Source: a virus
Taxonomy: Duplodnaviria; Caudoviricetes
Length of the DNA: 26,694 bases
Reading direction: 5' to 3' (one strand)
IMG/VR virus record: IMGVR_UViG_3300012953_000187
Coordinates: 1-26,694 of that record
In this document: positions 26,416 to 26,694 of the stretch, piece by piece
Position numbering within the stretch: position 1 is the first letter of the stretch
Layout: each line of letters opens with the position of its first letter
Translations under genes and position numbers: made by a program
The notes under the pieces: model-generated
Seen by the model: the letters and a program-made list of their open reading frames with translations, nothing else
What the model was told of the DNA's origin: nothing
The model's database searches: none

Positions 26416-26440
26416 CTATATTCTATTAATTTTAAATCAT

Positions 26441-26466
26441 TAAAAAGGACAGTTCATAGACTGTCC
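26441..26466 (-). terminator. Rho-independent terminator
   Basis: Minus strand GGACAGT-CTATGA-ACTGTCC-TTTTTA: a perfect 7-bp stem, a 6-nt loop and a U-tract, 8 nt after the stop at 26475. Confidence 0.8.
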
Positions 26467-26474
26467 ATTCTTAA

Positions 26475-26621
26475 TTATTTACCTTGACCCCGTTTTCTCT
26501 TACGAGCCGAGTTACGAGATGTTGCCGAATATTTTGTGTGCTTCCCATTTCCCTGACGAGTCTTCTTCGGGGGTGATTGTATAAAGTCTCCACCACTAAG
26601 ACCACCTGTTGCTTTAGCCAT
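26475..26621 (-). CDS. Small basic protein, 48 aa (not in the ORF track)
   Basis: MAKATGGLSGGDFIQSPPKKTRQGNGKHTKYSATSRNSARKRKRGQGK. It has a GAGGA Shine-Dalgarno-like site, a TAATG overlap with the upstream gene, and a terminator downstream. The KKTRQG...RGQG pattern resembles a small ORF common upstream of gp25 in cyanomyoviruses. Confidence 0.85.
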   Translation of the reverse strand: MAKATGGLSGGDFIQSPPKKTRQGNGKHTKYSATSRNSARKRKRGQGK

Positions 26622-26694
26622 TAATTGTCCTCATAAATTTCAGTTTTAATTGTGTCTGGATGAGGAGCACCTGTCTGATAGAATTCTATTGACA
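26621..26694 (-). CDS. 3' end of a hypothetical protein (partial)
   Basis: Open frame ...SIEFYQTGAPHPDTIKTEIYEDN*, whose TAA overlaps the next ATG. Confidence 0.65.
   Translation of the reverse strand, partial: SIEFYQTGAPHPDTIKTEIYEDN

Overview
AT-rich window from the virion-structural (baseplate/tail) region of a T4-like myovirus, most likely a marine cyanophage. The host assignment is inferred from gene order and protein style. All credible genes are on the minus strand. In transcription order: the 3' end of a small acidic hypothetical gene, a 48-aa very basic ORF missing from the ORF track, an intrinsic terminator, a 78-aa signal-peptide ORF, gp25, gp6, a 4365-aa gp7-type wedge protein, gp8, a 2454-aa VrlC-like structural protein, a 67-aa coiled-coil ORF, a 115-aa structural protein, and the first 347 codons of a tail-fibre-like gene that is also missing from the track. 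Five T4-type late promoter motifs (NATAAATA) each lie upstream of a structural gene, two of them inside the coding tail of the previous gene. The most notable points are a hairpin that encloses the gp25 late promoter and abuts the gp25 start codon, the nested ('Russian-doll') domain insertions of gp7 including a split YHYH-like domain, and His/HxH motifs in the fibre. I found no clearly new biological system, and no RNA genes, CRISPR arrays or mobile elements. Family assignments come from motif recognition, not database searches.
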